Origin: an uncultured archaeon
GTDB lineage: Archaea > Asgardarchaeota > Heimdallarchaeia > Heimdallarchaeales > Heimdallarchaeaceae
Direction: 5' to 3'
NCBI GenBank assembly: GCA_964549075.1
Contig: CAZJUB010000031.1
Coordinates: 1-29,356 of the forward strand
DNA: 29,356 nt
The first letter of the stretch is position 1. Each line of letters opens with the position of its first letter. This document shows positions 1-8,752 of the stretch, piece by piece. Under the pieces are notes generated by a model, which saw only the letters and a program-made list of their open reading frames with translations, searched no databases and was not told where the DNA came from. A program made the translations under genes and the position numbers.

Positions 1-31
1 AAAATAACAAACACCATAACAAAAAAATTAA

Positions 32-2740
32 CTTACAATCAATTTAGATTATTTAATAGAATTCGGGAATTATTATGGGATTGAAGAAGATCCTGTTGAT
101 CCTAATGTTACTAATTACGCTTTAGCTGAGATACTATATACTATAAATACGAGAACATACGTTCTTCGTAATATAATTAGTGAATACTATCTCTCTATCT
201 CAACACAACTTATGTCTCGAAATTTTAGCTCTAGAGGTGATCCTCTTGAAACCCAATATTTTGCAATTCAACAAAATTATTCTGATTTTATGGGAGAACT
301 AATAATAGATGGAAGATTACCCGAACAAAAAAATGAAGTTGTAATATCTTCATCATTCCAAAATGATAGAAACATTCAACTTGATAGTATTCTCAGTTTT
401 AATGTTAGTTCTTATCTTGGGGGGGATGCAATCGGAATACAGAATGTAAACTTTACTGTTGTTGGTGTGTATCAAGATCCTTCTAATAATTTATTAGTAA
501 GTCTAGGAAAAAAATACAATGTTCCTTCAGATCCTTTAAATATATTAAAGGAATCTATCTATGCTTTACCTGCAATTTTAACCTTCGAGAATTATTATTA
601 TACTAATTTCGAAAATGTGACAATTTATCATTTAATTGTTGATTATAATGTTCAATTTGTCTATGATTTTACTTCTATTAATATTGACAGACTTTCTACA
701 CTACTTGATGAAGTAAATGAATTGGTAGTTGAAAGTCCGCATTATTTTAACTTTGCACCTAGTAATTACTGGATGATGGTTAATGAAATAGGATGGGCTT
801 TCAGCGGTTTAAGTGGTCAAATTCAAATGACACAATTTATAGTTGTCTTTCTCTCGATCCCAATTCTATATTTAGCATTATTCCTTACTTTCGAAGTTAA
901 TGAGCTTTTCAGCAGTAGCTTTGAGCAAGAGATACGAATAATGAGCTCAAAAGGGGTGTCAACTGGAATGATTGCTTTTCTTTACTCAACTATGAAATTT
1001 TTCGAAGCCTTTTTAGCTGTTTTTCTTGGATTAGGAGTGAATCTAATCCTTCTTCCTCCGCTCCTAAAACTAAACAAATTCATAACATTTGAATCAGTTC
1101 TTACAAGTATCAAATTAGGTACAGCACCAACTTCGATGACTATTACGCTTCTCATTTTAATCATAATTTCTTTACCTCGGATAGTCAAGTTATCAACAAC
1201 AAAGAAGGAAGTTGAGAAACCACCAAGAAAATTCATCCAATTGATGAAAAACATTCGATTACCTTATTTTCTTTTAATTGTTTTTGGAGCAGGTCTCATA
1301 GCTTTGGGATATTGGCTGTTAGTATCAAGTTCAGTTGTTGTAATAATGGATCCTAGTTCAGCTTTATTAACAGTATACATCTATATTATTGGAATGGGAG
1401 TAATGGTGAGTTTACTCGGTATAGGGCTTCTTATAAGGGAATTACATAAAATTTTAATGATAGTTATAAGTAAGATATCTTGGCTAATCAACAAAAATCA
1501 ATTTACTTTTTCATTAGTTCAGGTACGTTCAGATATTAAACTCTTTAATAACACATTTCTTACTTATGTTATTCTAATAGGATTATTAATTCCTTTTACC
1601 ATGACTCCATTATTGATTCAGGATAAAGTAAAAACCCAGACCTACTTTTATGGTGGAAGTGATTTAATAGTAAACAATTGGCAATTTTATAACGATTCAA
1701 TATTAGCAGATTTAGGAGAATATGATGAAGTAATAAGTTTTACAAACATAACCCACTTAGAAGCTTCATATAGAGAATATGAAATTGAGTTTCTAATACT
1801 AAATGATACCGATGATTTTTTAGAAACAGCTTTCAAACTTCCAGATTATATGTTCTCAAATTGGAATGAAGCTATAAATAACCTTGATAAAAATACAAGT
1901 CTTTTAGCTTCTAATACATTTTCTGAATTTGTAGCAGGAGGAGAGGAAATATTCAATTTCGTAAATGATTCCTTACCAGAACCTGAGTATATTCAATTCT
2001 CGATAGAAGCAAGTTTCGATTATTTTCCTATATTCTATGATTATGGACCAAGAGGAGGTTATTCACCTTATGATTACTATTATCCTGAACCTAATCCATA
2101 TGCAACATTCGGAATTGTGATGTCACAGAGTAATTTTGATTATATTTCCTCACTAATATCGATTGATAGAATAGTTTTACAAAGATTATTGATTAATATT
2201 AAAGATTATGCAAATCAAGAAAAAGTAGCTGATAAGCTAAGTCAAGATCTTGGTTTGGAAATTAAGACTATGGACAGTGCTAGGGATACATTGTTGTTCA
2301 CACTATTTCCGTTCTACTCGTTACTTGTTGCAGAATTTGTATTTGGGATACTGATTTGTTTTGCAGCAGTAGCTTTTACAAGTCTCAGTAATCCACTAAA
2401 GATTTTACAGAAAAGACTAGTAAAACATGATGTTCTCAAAAAAATAGGAATACCAACTAATAGGATTATTTCCCTCTCTGCTCTTGAATTATTCATATCT
2501 TGTATCATACCTGGATTAATACTTGGTGGCGCTGCAGGCTATGGATTACTCAAATTATTCAATTGGCTGTTTATAGATTCAATGAGTACATATGAAGGAG
2601 GAGGTTTACCTTTCAAAATATACTTCCCATATCAAGTTATTCTGATAGTCTTTGTAGCGATTCCTGTGGTATTCTATACAATATTCTTTGTAGCAATGAA
2701 ATATAATTTTGCAAAATATATGCCTAAAAATTTGGAGTGA
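32..2740 (+). CDS. MacB/FtsX-type (type VII) ABC transporter permease with two FtsX repeats; 5' part incomplete or disrupted at the window edge
   Basis: MacB periplasmic-core motifs (GRLPEQKNEVVIS, FTVVGVY), two clusters of TM helices, and FtsX signatures (QEIRIMSSKGVS, LKKIGIP). The frame is open from 32, upstream of the ATG at 212, and that stretch (LTINLDY...YALAEILY...VLRNIISEY) aligns by eye with the paralog at 19181-23560 (MTMSLNY...IAIGEVL...VLASIISDF). Confidence 0.85.
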   Translation, partial: LTINLDYLIEFGNYYGIEEDPVDPNVTNYALAEILYTINTRTYVLRNIISEYYLSISTQLMSRNFSSRGDPLETQYFAIQQNYSDFMGELIIDGRLPEQKNEVVISSSFQNDRNIQLDSILSFNVSSYLGGDAIGIQNVNFTVVGVYQDPSNNLLVSLGKKYNVPSDPLNILKESIYALPAILTFENYYYTNFENVTIYHLIVDYNVQFVYDFTSINIDRLSTLLDEVNELVVESPHYFNFAPSNYWMMVNEIGWAFSGLSGQIQMTQFIVVFLSIPILYLALFLTFEVNELFSSSFEQEIRIMSSKGVSTGMIAFLYSTMKFFEAFLAVFLGLGVNLILLPPLLKLNKFITFESVLTSIKLGTAPTSMTITLLILIIISLPRIVKLSTTKKEVEKPPRKFIQLMKNIRLPYFLLIVFGAGLIALGYWLLVSSSVVVIMDPSSALLTVYIYIIGMGVMVSLLGIGLLIRELHKILMIVISKISWLINKNQFTFSLVQVRSDIKLFNNTFLTYVILIGLLIPFTMTPLLIQDKVKTQTYFYGGSDLIVNNWQFYNDSILADLGEYDEVISFTNITHLEASYREYEIEFLILNDTDDFLETAFKLPDYMFSNWNEAINNLDKNTSLLASNTFSEFVAGGEEIFNFVNDSLPEPEYIQFSIEASFDYFPIFYDYGPRGGYSPYDYYYPEPNPYATFGIVMSQSNFDYISSLISIDRIVLQRLLINIKDYANQEKVADKLSQDLGLEIKTMDSARDTLLFTLFPFYSLLVAEFVFGILICFAAVAFTSLSNPLKILQKRLVKHDVLKKIGIPTNRIISLSALELFISCIIPGLILGGAAGYGLLKLFNWLFIDSMSTYEGGGLPFKIYFPYQVILIVFVAIPVVFYTIFFVAMKYNFAKYMPKNLE

Positions 2741-2745
2741 TAAAG

Positions 2746-4503
2746 ATGATAATTACATGTAACGATTTAATAAAGGTCTACCACGATGAGACCACTGATT
2801 ATAAAGTAGCAGCTCTCAGAGGATTAGATCTCAAAGTAAAGGAAGGAGAGTTAGTCTCGATTATCGGTCCTTCGGGAGCTGGAAAAACTACTTTAGTGAA
2901 AATTCTCTCTGGAATTGAGCTTCCAACTAGTGGAAAAGTTATTATCAATAGTAATGATTTTGCAGTATTGGATGAATTTGAAAGAAGAGAATATCGATTT
3001 TATCATATTGGTCTTATAAATCAATTTACAACTCAGAATCTTTTTACTCATTTAACTGTAAAACAGAACTTGATGGTACCAAAGAAACTCTTCTTTCTTC
3101 CCAAAGAAGAATCTGTTAACGATGTGAATGAACTTCTAAGAGTTTTGAATTTAAGACATGTTGAAAACAACAGAGTAGAGAAACTTTCAGGTGGGGAAGC
3201 TATGAGACTTTCTATGGGAGTAGCCTTAGCTAAAAAACCAGATTTACTCTTGTTGGATGAACCTACCGGGCAACTAGATTCCAAGAATACACAAGACTTG
3301 ATTGAAACTATTAAACAAGTCAATCTAGCTATGGGAAAAACAATCTTAGTTGTGACTCATGACATCAGATACAGAAATGTGTTCGAGAAAAGTTTCGTTA
3401 TAAGGGATGGCAGACTTGTTGGAATTGGTAAAGATATTGGCAAAGATGAATTAGAATTTTTAATGCAGTCTTCTGATATTAACAGGTCTTATATGGATGC
3501 TTCTAATTTTGTGAGAATACCTGATGAAATAAAAGCAATTACAGCTTTGGGGGAAATCGTAGAATTTGACCTTCATCCTTCTAAAAAACTAGGTATTTTC
3601 TGGAATCCTGATGCAATCAATAGAGATAAAATTCTTGATATAATCTCTAATCCAATTGAGAAGTCAGAGACTGAAGTAGAACAAGTTTCTATGGAGGAAG
3701 TAGAAAAACTTCTAAGTAGAGAATTCATTTTTCCAGAAAAATCAAAACCAGTCATAAAAATCAAGGATTTGACTAAAGGTTATCATTCTAGAGCTGGATA
3801 TCATGAAGTTATCTCCAAACTCAACATTGATTTTCATAAAGGAGATTTTGTTTTCATTTCTGGTCCTTCAGGGGTTGGAAAAACTACTTTACTCAATCTT
3901 ATAGCTGGTTTAATCAAACCAGAAAAAGGACAAATAAATATGGATGGATTTTCAATTAATGATTCGTCAGAAAAAGAAACTTCATTATTTCGATTGAATA
4001 ACATTGCTTATATTACCCAACACAACAACTTGTTTACTCCTTTACAAATCAAAGATAATTTTACAATACCCTATTTATTCTCTAAAAAGAAGTTTGATAA
4101 AGAATATGGATTTTCAGTCGCTAAAGAATGTTTTATTGATCATAAGTTAGATGCTTATCCTAGTGAATTATCTGAAGGAGAGAAACAACGTGCAGCTTTA
4201 GCTTCTGCACTAAATAGAAGAACAAGTTTAATACTTGCTGATGAGCCAACAGCTAATCTCGATACTGAATTAGCTAGAAGCATTATGGATTTATTGATGG
4301 ATACAGTTAGAATTAATAATGCAACGATTATAACCTGTTCTCACGATTTAACTTTGCTCCGTCCAGGTTTTAGACACATTAGATTATTAGATGGTCAGGT
4401 ATTAGAAGATAAAAGAGTCACTAAGAAAGACTTGAAGAAAATTGTCGTAGAATATTTACAAATTGAAGAAAATCAAAAGAAGATAAAAAGGAAAACGAAA
4501 TAA
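2746..4503 (+). CDS. ABC ATP-binding protein, LolD/MacB family, with two fused NBDs and an AbrB-like insert
   Basis: Two Walker A motifs (GPSGAGKTT, GPSGVGKTT), two signatures (LSGGE, LSEGE), two Walker B/D-loops (LLLDEPTGQLD, ILADEPTANLD) and two H-switches (THD, SHD). ATG 2746 follows GGAGTGAT; GTG 2737, overlapping the permease stop, is an alternative start. Confidence 0.93.
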   Translation: MIITCNDLIKVYHDETTDYKVAALRGLDLKVKEGELVSIIGPSGAGKTTLVKILSGIELPTSGKVIINSNDFAVLDEFERREYRFYHIGLINQFTTQNLFTHLTVKQNLMVPKKLFFLPKEESVNDVNELLRVLNLRHVENNRVEKLSGGEAMRLSMGVALAKKPDLLLLDEPTGQLDSKNTQDLIETIKQVNLAMGKTILVVTHDIRYRNVFEKSFVIRDGRLVGIGKDIGKDELEFLMQSSDINRSYMDASNFVRIPDEIKAITALGEIVEFDLHPSKKLGIFWNPDAINRDKILDIISNPIEKSETEVEQVSMEEVEKLLSREFIFPEKSKPVIKIKDLTKGYHSRAGYHEVISKLNIDFHKGDFVFISGPSGVGKTTLLNLIAGLIKPEKGQINMDGFSINDSSEKETSLFRLNNIAYITQHNNLFTPLQIKDNFTIPYLFSKKKFDKEYGFSVAKECFIDHKLDAYPSELSEGEKQRAALASALNRRTSLILADEPTANLDTELARSIMDLLMDTVRINNATIITCSHDLTLLRPGFRHIRLLDGQVLEDKRVTKKDLKKIVVEYLQIEENQKKIKRKTK

Positions 4504-4557
4504 TAATTTTCCCACTAAAAGCCTATCTGGGCCTTTCTAATGAGGTTCTATAACCAT

Positions 4558-4582
4558 AGCCTTTAGCGAAGGTTTTTTGTAG
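4558..4582 (+). promoter_or_regulatory. Possible BRE/TATA-like promoter for the 4604 gene, or weak hairpin plus T-tract terminator of ABC operon 1
   Basis: CCTT-TAGCG-AAGG followed by T6, lying about 25-45 nt upstream of ATG 4604. The two interpretations cannot be separated from sequence alone. Confidence 0.3.
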
Positions 4583-4603
4583 ATATTTCACATTTTTAAA
4601 ATC

Positions 4604-7312
4604 ATGAATTCTAAGAAGAAGATTATATTTTTCAGTTTTATTATCTCTCTTCTATTATTGCCATTAGTGTCTTACAGAAATGTAGGAGCTAATTATATAA
4701 TCAGAAATAAGGATATTATTTTACCAGATAATGAAATAAGTTTTTCACCGCCAAAATTCCTACCACCACCTCCATCAAACGGAAGCTATACGGCAGATTA
4801 TTTTGATGGTAGAGGAATAGAATCTGCAAATTTTATATTTAGTGATTTAAGTAACATATTTCCATTAGCTGAAATTCCTTCAAGTAGAATTTGGGATCTT
4901 GTAACTGTTCAATATGCGTTAACTTGCGTAGATATGTTTTTTGTCAACAGAGATCCAAATTACCTAAATAGTGGTAGAGATGCGGTTCAAACTCTCCATC
5001 TTGATATAAATGGTACTTTTATTTTAGGAGAAGATGATGGAGCTTTTTATCACCTTAATGCAGATGAAAATTTATTGTTAGTAATCATGTATAATAGATT
5101 AGCACAAGGTTTTCTCGCAGATGGAGATGCTTTTACAGCTGAATCATTAAGAAATCAAGCTAATTTACTGTTTGCTGATCTTACAAGCTTGTTCTATAGT
5201 ACAACTACAAATACAATTAATTCCACTCTCTTTTTGAGTAAATCTACTTTTGATGTTGTAGGAGTATCTCAAGGAAGCTCAGCTAAAGCAACAGGATTAT
5301 ATTTTATGGCTAATTTCATGAGCAATCAGACATCAACATATTATCCAGAGGCAAAGTTAGCTGTAGACAACTATCGAACAATAGCAAATGCAACTGTCAA
5401 CCTTCCTTCAGGAGATTTAGGATTCCTTTATAGATCTTCAGATGAAATTACTTCTGTTGAATATAATGAAGTAGCTTTACAAGGAAATATCTACCTAAAT
5501 ACAGCACTTATGCAGATAAGTAAATTTGAAGAAATAAATGGTGATTTAGGAGCTAGTGATAATTATTACAATTGGACAAATATGGGAGAAGTAACATTAA
5601 AAGAGTATTTAAAAAGTCCAACTACTAATTTGCTACATACTAAATACAACTTGGTTACTACCATTCTTGAAGATGCAGCTTTAACTTATGAAAATTGTCT
5701 CTATCTCTCTCATGCAATTGAATTCAAAAGATTTAAACTTGAACATACAGGAATAGCACCTTCATTTATTGAAGTTAGTAATCTATTTGAAGCTCTTTAT
5801 ACAAGTGTATTCAATGACCCAGACTACTTTCTTGCAGGTTTGACAAAATCTGGTACTCAACTTGATTTAGTTCCTGATATACCTCATAGTAATCCGCATA
5901 TTGTAAATTATCAAGCTATTACAATGCTGCTCAAACTCTATCCAATGAAATCGATGTTGGTTAGACCTACAGATTTGATTCCAAGTTTACCAATGATTTG
6001 TGATTGGTTCATAGATATCCCAGAAACAAGTTCTATTTTCAAGGCAAGTAACAAAACATTTTCCTTTTATTATGTATTTGATATTTCTTCTAATACTATA
6101 GATAGTATTACATTTCCCGAGAAAAAGAGATTAAACACTACTTCTCTTGACGGGGTGATACTTCAAGGTAGTCAAAAAGTAACACTAAACATTACTTCCT
6201 CTGAAGGTGGAGATCATTTTCTAATATTAAAAGTGAATTTTTCTAATTTCAACATCTTTGATTTTGATTTATTTCTTACTTTCAAAAAACTATTCCGAAT
6301 TTCGACTGAACCTACAAATCCAGAAATGACACAACTTTTAGACAAAGAATTAGTGCTTTCAGTATTCTGTGAAGATGAAATTTCTAGTTCTGTTGCTGAT
6401 GCACAAGTGACTATTTTTGTTGATATATATGAATTTACGGAAATTACAGATAATGGTGGATATGCAACCTTTTTCATTCCAATTGAGACTTTTAATTTTG
6501 CTAAACCTCCCCCAGATTTTGGTGATTACTCAAGTTATAATGCTTCGATTCATATCTCTGTTAACAAACCTGGATTTCTCAGGAAGGATATTGATAGAAA
6601 AGTCATAATTAGATTAAATGAGCTTGTTCTAGATATTAGTCCCGCTCCTGAAGGTAAAGAAGGAAGTGATTTAACTCTATACTTAGACGTGGAAACTAGG
6701 ATAGAAGCTCCTTTATTTAATATAGAAGCTACTATCAGAATAGATGGAATAGATTTCACAGATACAAGTGGATATTCAACCTTTCAATTGCCTTCAACAA
6801 TTATCATAGGAAAGGAATACTTGAAACCTAATGATTGGATTCGAGTAGATGTAACAATGGACATTCCTGGTATGTCTGTCCATACACTCAGTTTTGAAGT
6901 ATTCACTGTTCCATTGCAAACACTTGAACGTATTTACTATTGGCTTGAAATTGCATTTTCCTCCAATGTAGTCAGAGTCTTATGTTCTCTTGGTATTGTT
7001 TGGGCATTATTGTGGAGGCAATTCTCTCTTAAAATACTAAAACGACTTAGACGTTGTCCTTATTGTGGAGATATAACAAAGACAAAGTATCCTTACTGTA
7101 AGAATTGTGGTCTGAAAGATATGACTAAGAAATATAAGAAAGCAGTTCATGATAGTAAAAAGGAACCAAGGATTTTAACTAACGAACGTATGCTTTTTAG
7201 AAGAAAAGATGATAAAGAATCTAATATAAAACAAGACAATTCTAGTTTTGAAGATAATCAAAATAGTTCAAGTCTTGAATCAGATTCCTCCAAAGATGAT
7301 TATCAATTCTAG
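4604..7312 (+). CDS. Large secreted single-pass membrane protein: helical N-terminal domain, Ig-like beta domains, TM helix, cytoplasmic zinc ribbon
   Basis: Signal peptide (MNSKKKIIFFSFIISLLLLP). A helical region about aa 90-450 is followed by a beta-rich region, then a hydrophobic segment (VVRVLCSLGIVWALLW), CPYC-x10-CKNC and a charged/Ser-rich tail. Confidence 0.75.
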   Translation: MNSKKKIIFFSFIISLLLLPLVSYRNVGANYIIRNKDIILPDNEISFSPPKFLPPPPSNGSYTADYFDGRGIESANFIFSDLSNIFPLAEIPSSRIWDLVTVQYALTCVDMFFVNRDPNYLNSGRDAVQTLHLDINGTFILGEDDGAFYHLNADENLLLVIMYNRLAQGFLADGDAFTAESLRNQANLLFADLTSLFYSTTTNTINSTLFLSKSTFDVVGVSQGSSAKATGLYFMANFMSNQTSTYYPEAKLAVDNYRTIANATVNLPSGDLGFLYRSSDEITSVEYNEVALQGNIYLNTALMQISKFEEINGDLGASDNYYNWTNMGEVTLKEYLKSPTTNLLHTKYNLVTTILEDAALTYENCLYLSHAIEFKRFKLEHTGIAPSFIEVSNLFEALYTSVFNDPDYFLAGLTKSGTQLDLVPDIPHSNPHIVNYQAITMLLKLYPMKSMLVRPTDLIPSLPMICDWFIDIPETSSIFKASNKTFSFYYVFDISSNTIDSITFPEKKRLNTTSLDGVILQGSQKVTLNITSSEGGDHFLILKVNFSNFNIFDFDLFLTFKKLFRISTEPTNPEMTQLLDKELVLSVFCEDEISSSVADAQVTIFVDIYEFTEITDNGGYATFFIPIETFNFAKPPPDFGDYSSYNASIHISVNKPGFLRKDIDRKVIIRLNELVLDISPAPEGKEGSDLTLYLDVETRIEAPLFNIEATIRIDGIDFTDTSGYSTFQLPSTIIIGKEYLKPNDWIRVDVTMDIPGMSVHTLSFEVFTVPLQTLERIYYWLEIAFSSNVVRVLCSLGIVWALLWRQFSLKILKRLRRCPYCGDITKTKYPYCKNCGLKDMTKKYKKAVHDSKKEPRILTNERMLFRRKDDKESNIKQDNSSFEDNQNSSSLESDSSKDDYQF

Positions 7313-7332
7313 CTTTTCTTCTTTTTTTATTT

Positions 7333-8643
7333 TTATATTTCTTTAACTAATTTTACAATTTCTTCTCTACATGGAGCTGGAAATATAAGGAGATTGTTGT
7401 ACTTTGGTTTTGTTAAACTAGCGATTACATCTGAGACTTCTGAAAGTTGTTTCAACGAGCCATCTTTCATCTTGATCATGATAGCATTTCGATTTGATTC
7501 ATCATAGTGAGTGTAATAACGACTACTGAATTGATCGATATCCCAACTAACTTTCGGATAATCGTGTTTTCCAACAATAAAATTAATTTTGTCTTGATTT
7601 TCCATTACTCTTTCTGCCATCTCTTCGGTTAAAGGAATACTTTTGTATAAATTACGTTTTAAAATTTCGTTAGCTAATTTTTTAATGAAGAGATTATTTT
7701 CTTCTTTTTGAGCAGAATAATGTAATTGGGTATAAATGATATCATCAGTTAAAGGCATGAGAGTTTTCCAATAAGGATTATTGGCAAAGTCTTGAATAAA
7801 AGGTAAAACTTCCATTTGTTTACCTTCTTCTAGTTGCTGCAGAACCTGAGAAATAAACAGTTTCAACATATACTCATAACATCTAACTGTTTTGTGGAAA
7901 TAAACTCGAGAAAATTGCATGTATAAGGCAATGACAACTTGTTCTACAGATTGTATCCCTTTTTCTTTTATAACAATAGTTCCATCTTCTGTTAAATCCA
8001 TCATATCGAACAATCTCTCAAGATTATACATTCCAAAAGAAACTCCAGTAGCAACAGAATCTCTCATAAGATAATCCAAAGAATCAGCATCGAGCTGTGA
8101 ATTAATGATTTGATTATTGAAAGATTTATCTTCAACACTTAATCCTTTGATCATTCTCCCTATCTGTTTCCTATTATAATTTCCTTTTTCTAGGATCTGA
8201 GCAATTTCAGATTCATAATCCATTACTATTTGCTCAGAAATATTCTCATGATGAATGAATAATCCAAATTTTTCTTTACAAGATTCATCGTTAGAGTTTC
8301 TACATAGTAATCGTATAGTATCTTCAAACATGTGACTAAATGGCCCATGTCCGGTGTCGTGTATTAAAGCTGTTAAACTTACTTTTCTAATATCATCACT
8401 AGTGAGAATTTCTGGATGTTTTTTATTCAGAGCTATTCCTATTCTGTTCGCTACATGATGAGCACCTAAGCTGTGCATAAATCTACTGTGAGTAGCAGAA
8501 GGATATGATATGGATACTCCTCCTAATTGAATAATTCTTCTTAAACGTTGGAAAATTGAGGTATCGATAATATCTATAATGTTTTTCTCGTAAATATCTA
8601 TATATTTGTGTACTTGATCTGCAATCGACTTATAAACTGACAT
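7333..8643 (-). CDS. HD-superfamily phosphohydrolase, SAMHD1/YdhJ-like dNTP triphosphohydrolase
   Basis: FQRLRRIIQLG, HSRFMHSLGAHH, ALIHDTGHGPFSH, LDADSLDYLMRDS and VYFHKTVR motifs. Confidence 0.9.
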   Translation of the reverse strand: MSVYKSIADQVHKYIDIYEKNIIDIIDTSIFQRLRRIIQLGGVSISYPSATHSRFMHSLGAHHVANRIGIALNKKHPEILTSDDIRKVSLTALIHDTGHGPFSHMFEDTIRLLCRNSNDESCKEKFGLFIHHENISEQIVMDYESEIAQILEKGNYNRKQIGRMIKGLSVEDKSFNNQIINSQLDADSLDYLMRDSVATGVSFGMYNLERLFDMMDLTEDGTIVIKEKGIQSVEQVVIALYMQFSRVYFHKTVRCYEYMLKLFISQVLQQLEEGKQMEVLPFIQDFANNPYWKTLMPLTDDIIYTQLHYSAQKEENNLFIKKLANEILKRNLYKSIPLTEEMAERVMENQDKINFIVGKHDYPKVSWDIDQFSSRYYTHYDESNRNAIMIKMKDGSLKQLSEVSDVIASLTKPKYNNLLIFPAPCREEIVKLVKEI

Positions 8644-8752
8644 TATAGTTACTCCTTTTTTTCTTCTTCATAACTTTTTGGATGAACTAGCACTTGGACA
8701 GTTTCTGGACAAATGTTATTATAAGAAGAAATTCAACCTTTTTCTGAAGAAA

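Noticed and set aside
8678-8752. 25-aa N-terminal extension of the UDP-glucose dehydrogenase from TTG 8678
   Set aside because: The family starts at MKIAIIG, and this stretch is needed as the divergent promoter region shared with the HD gene.
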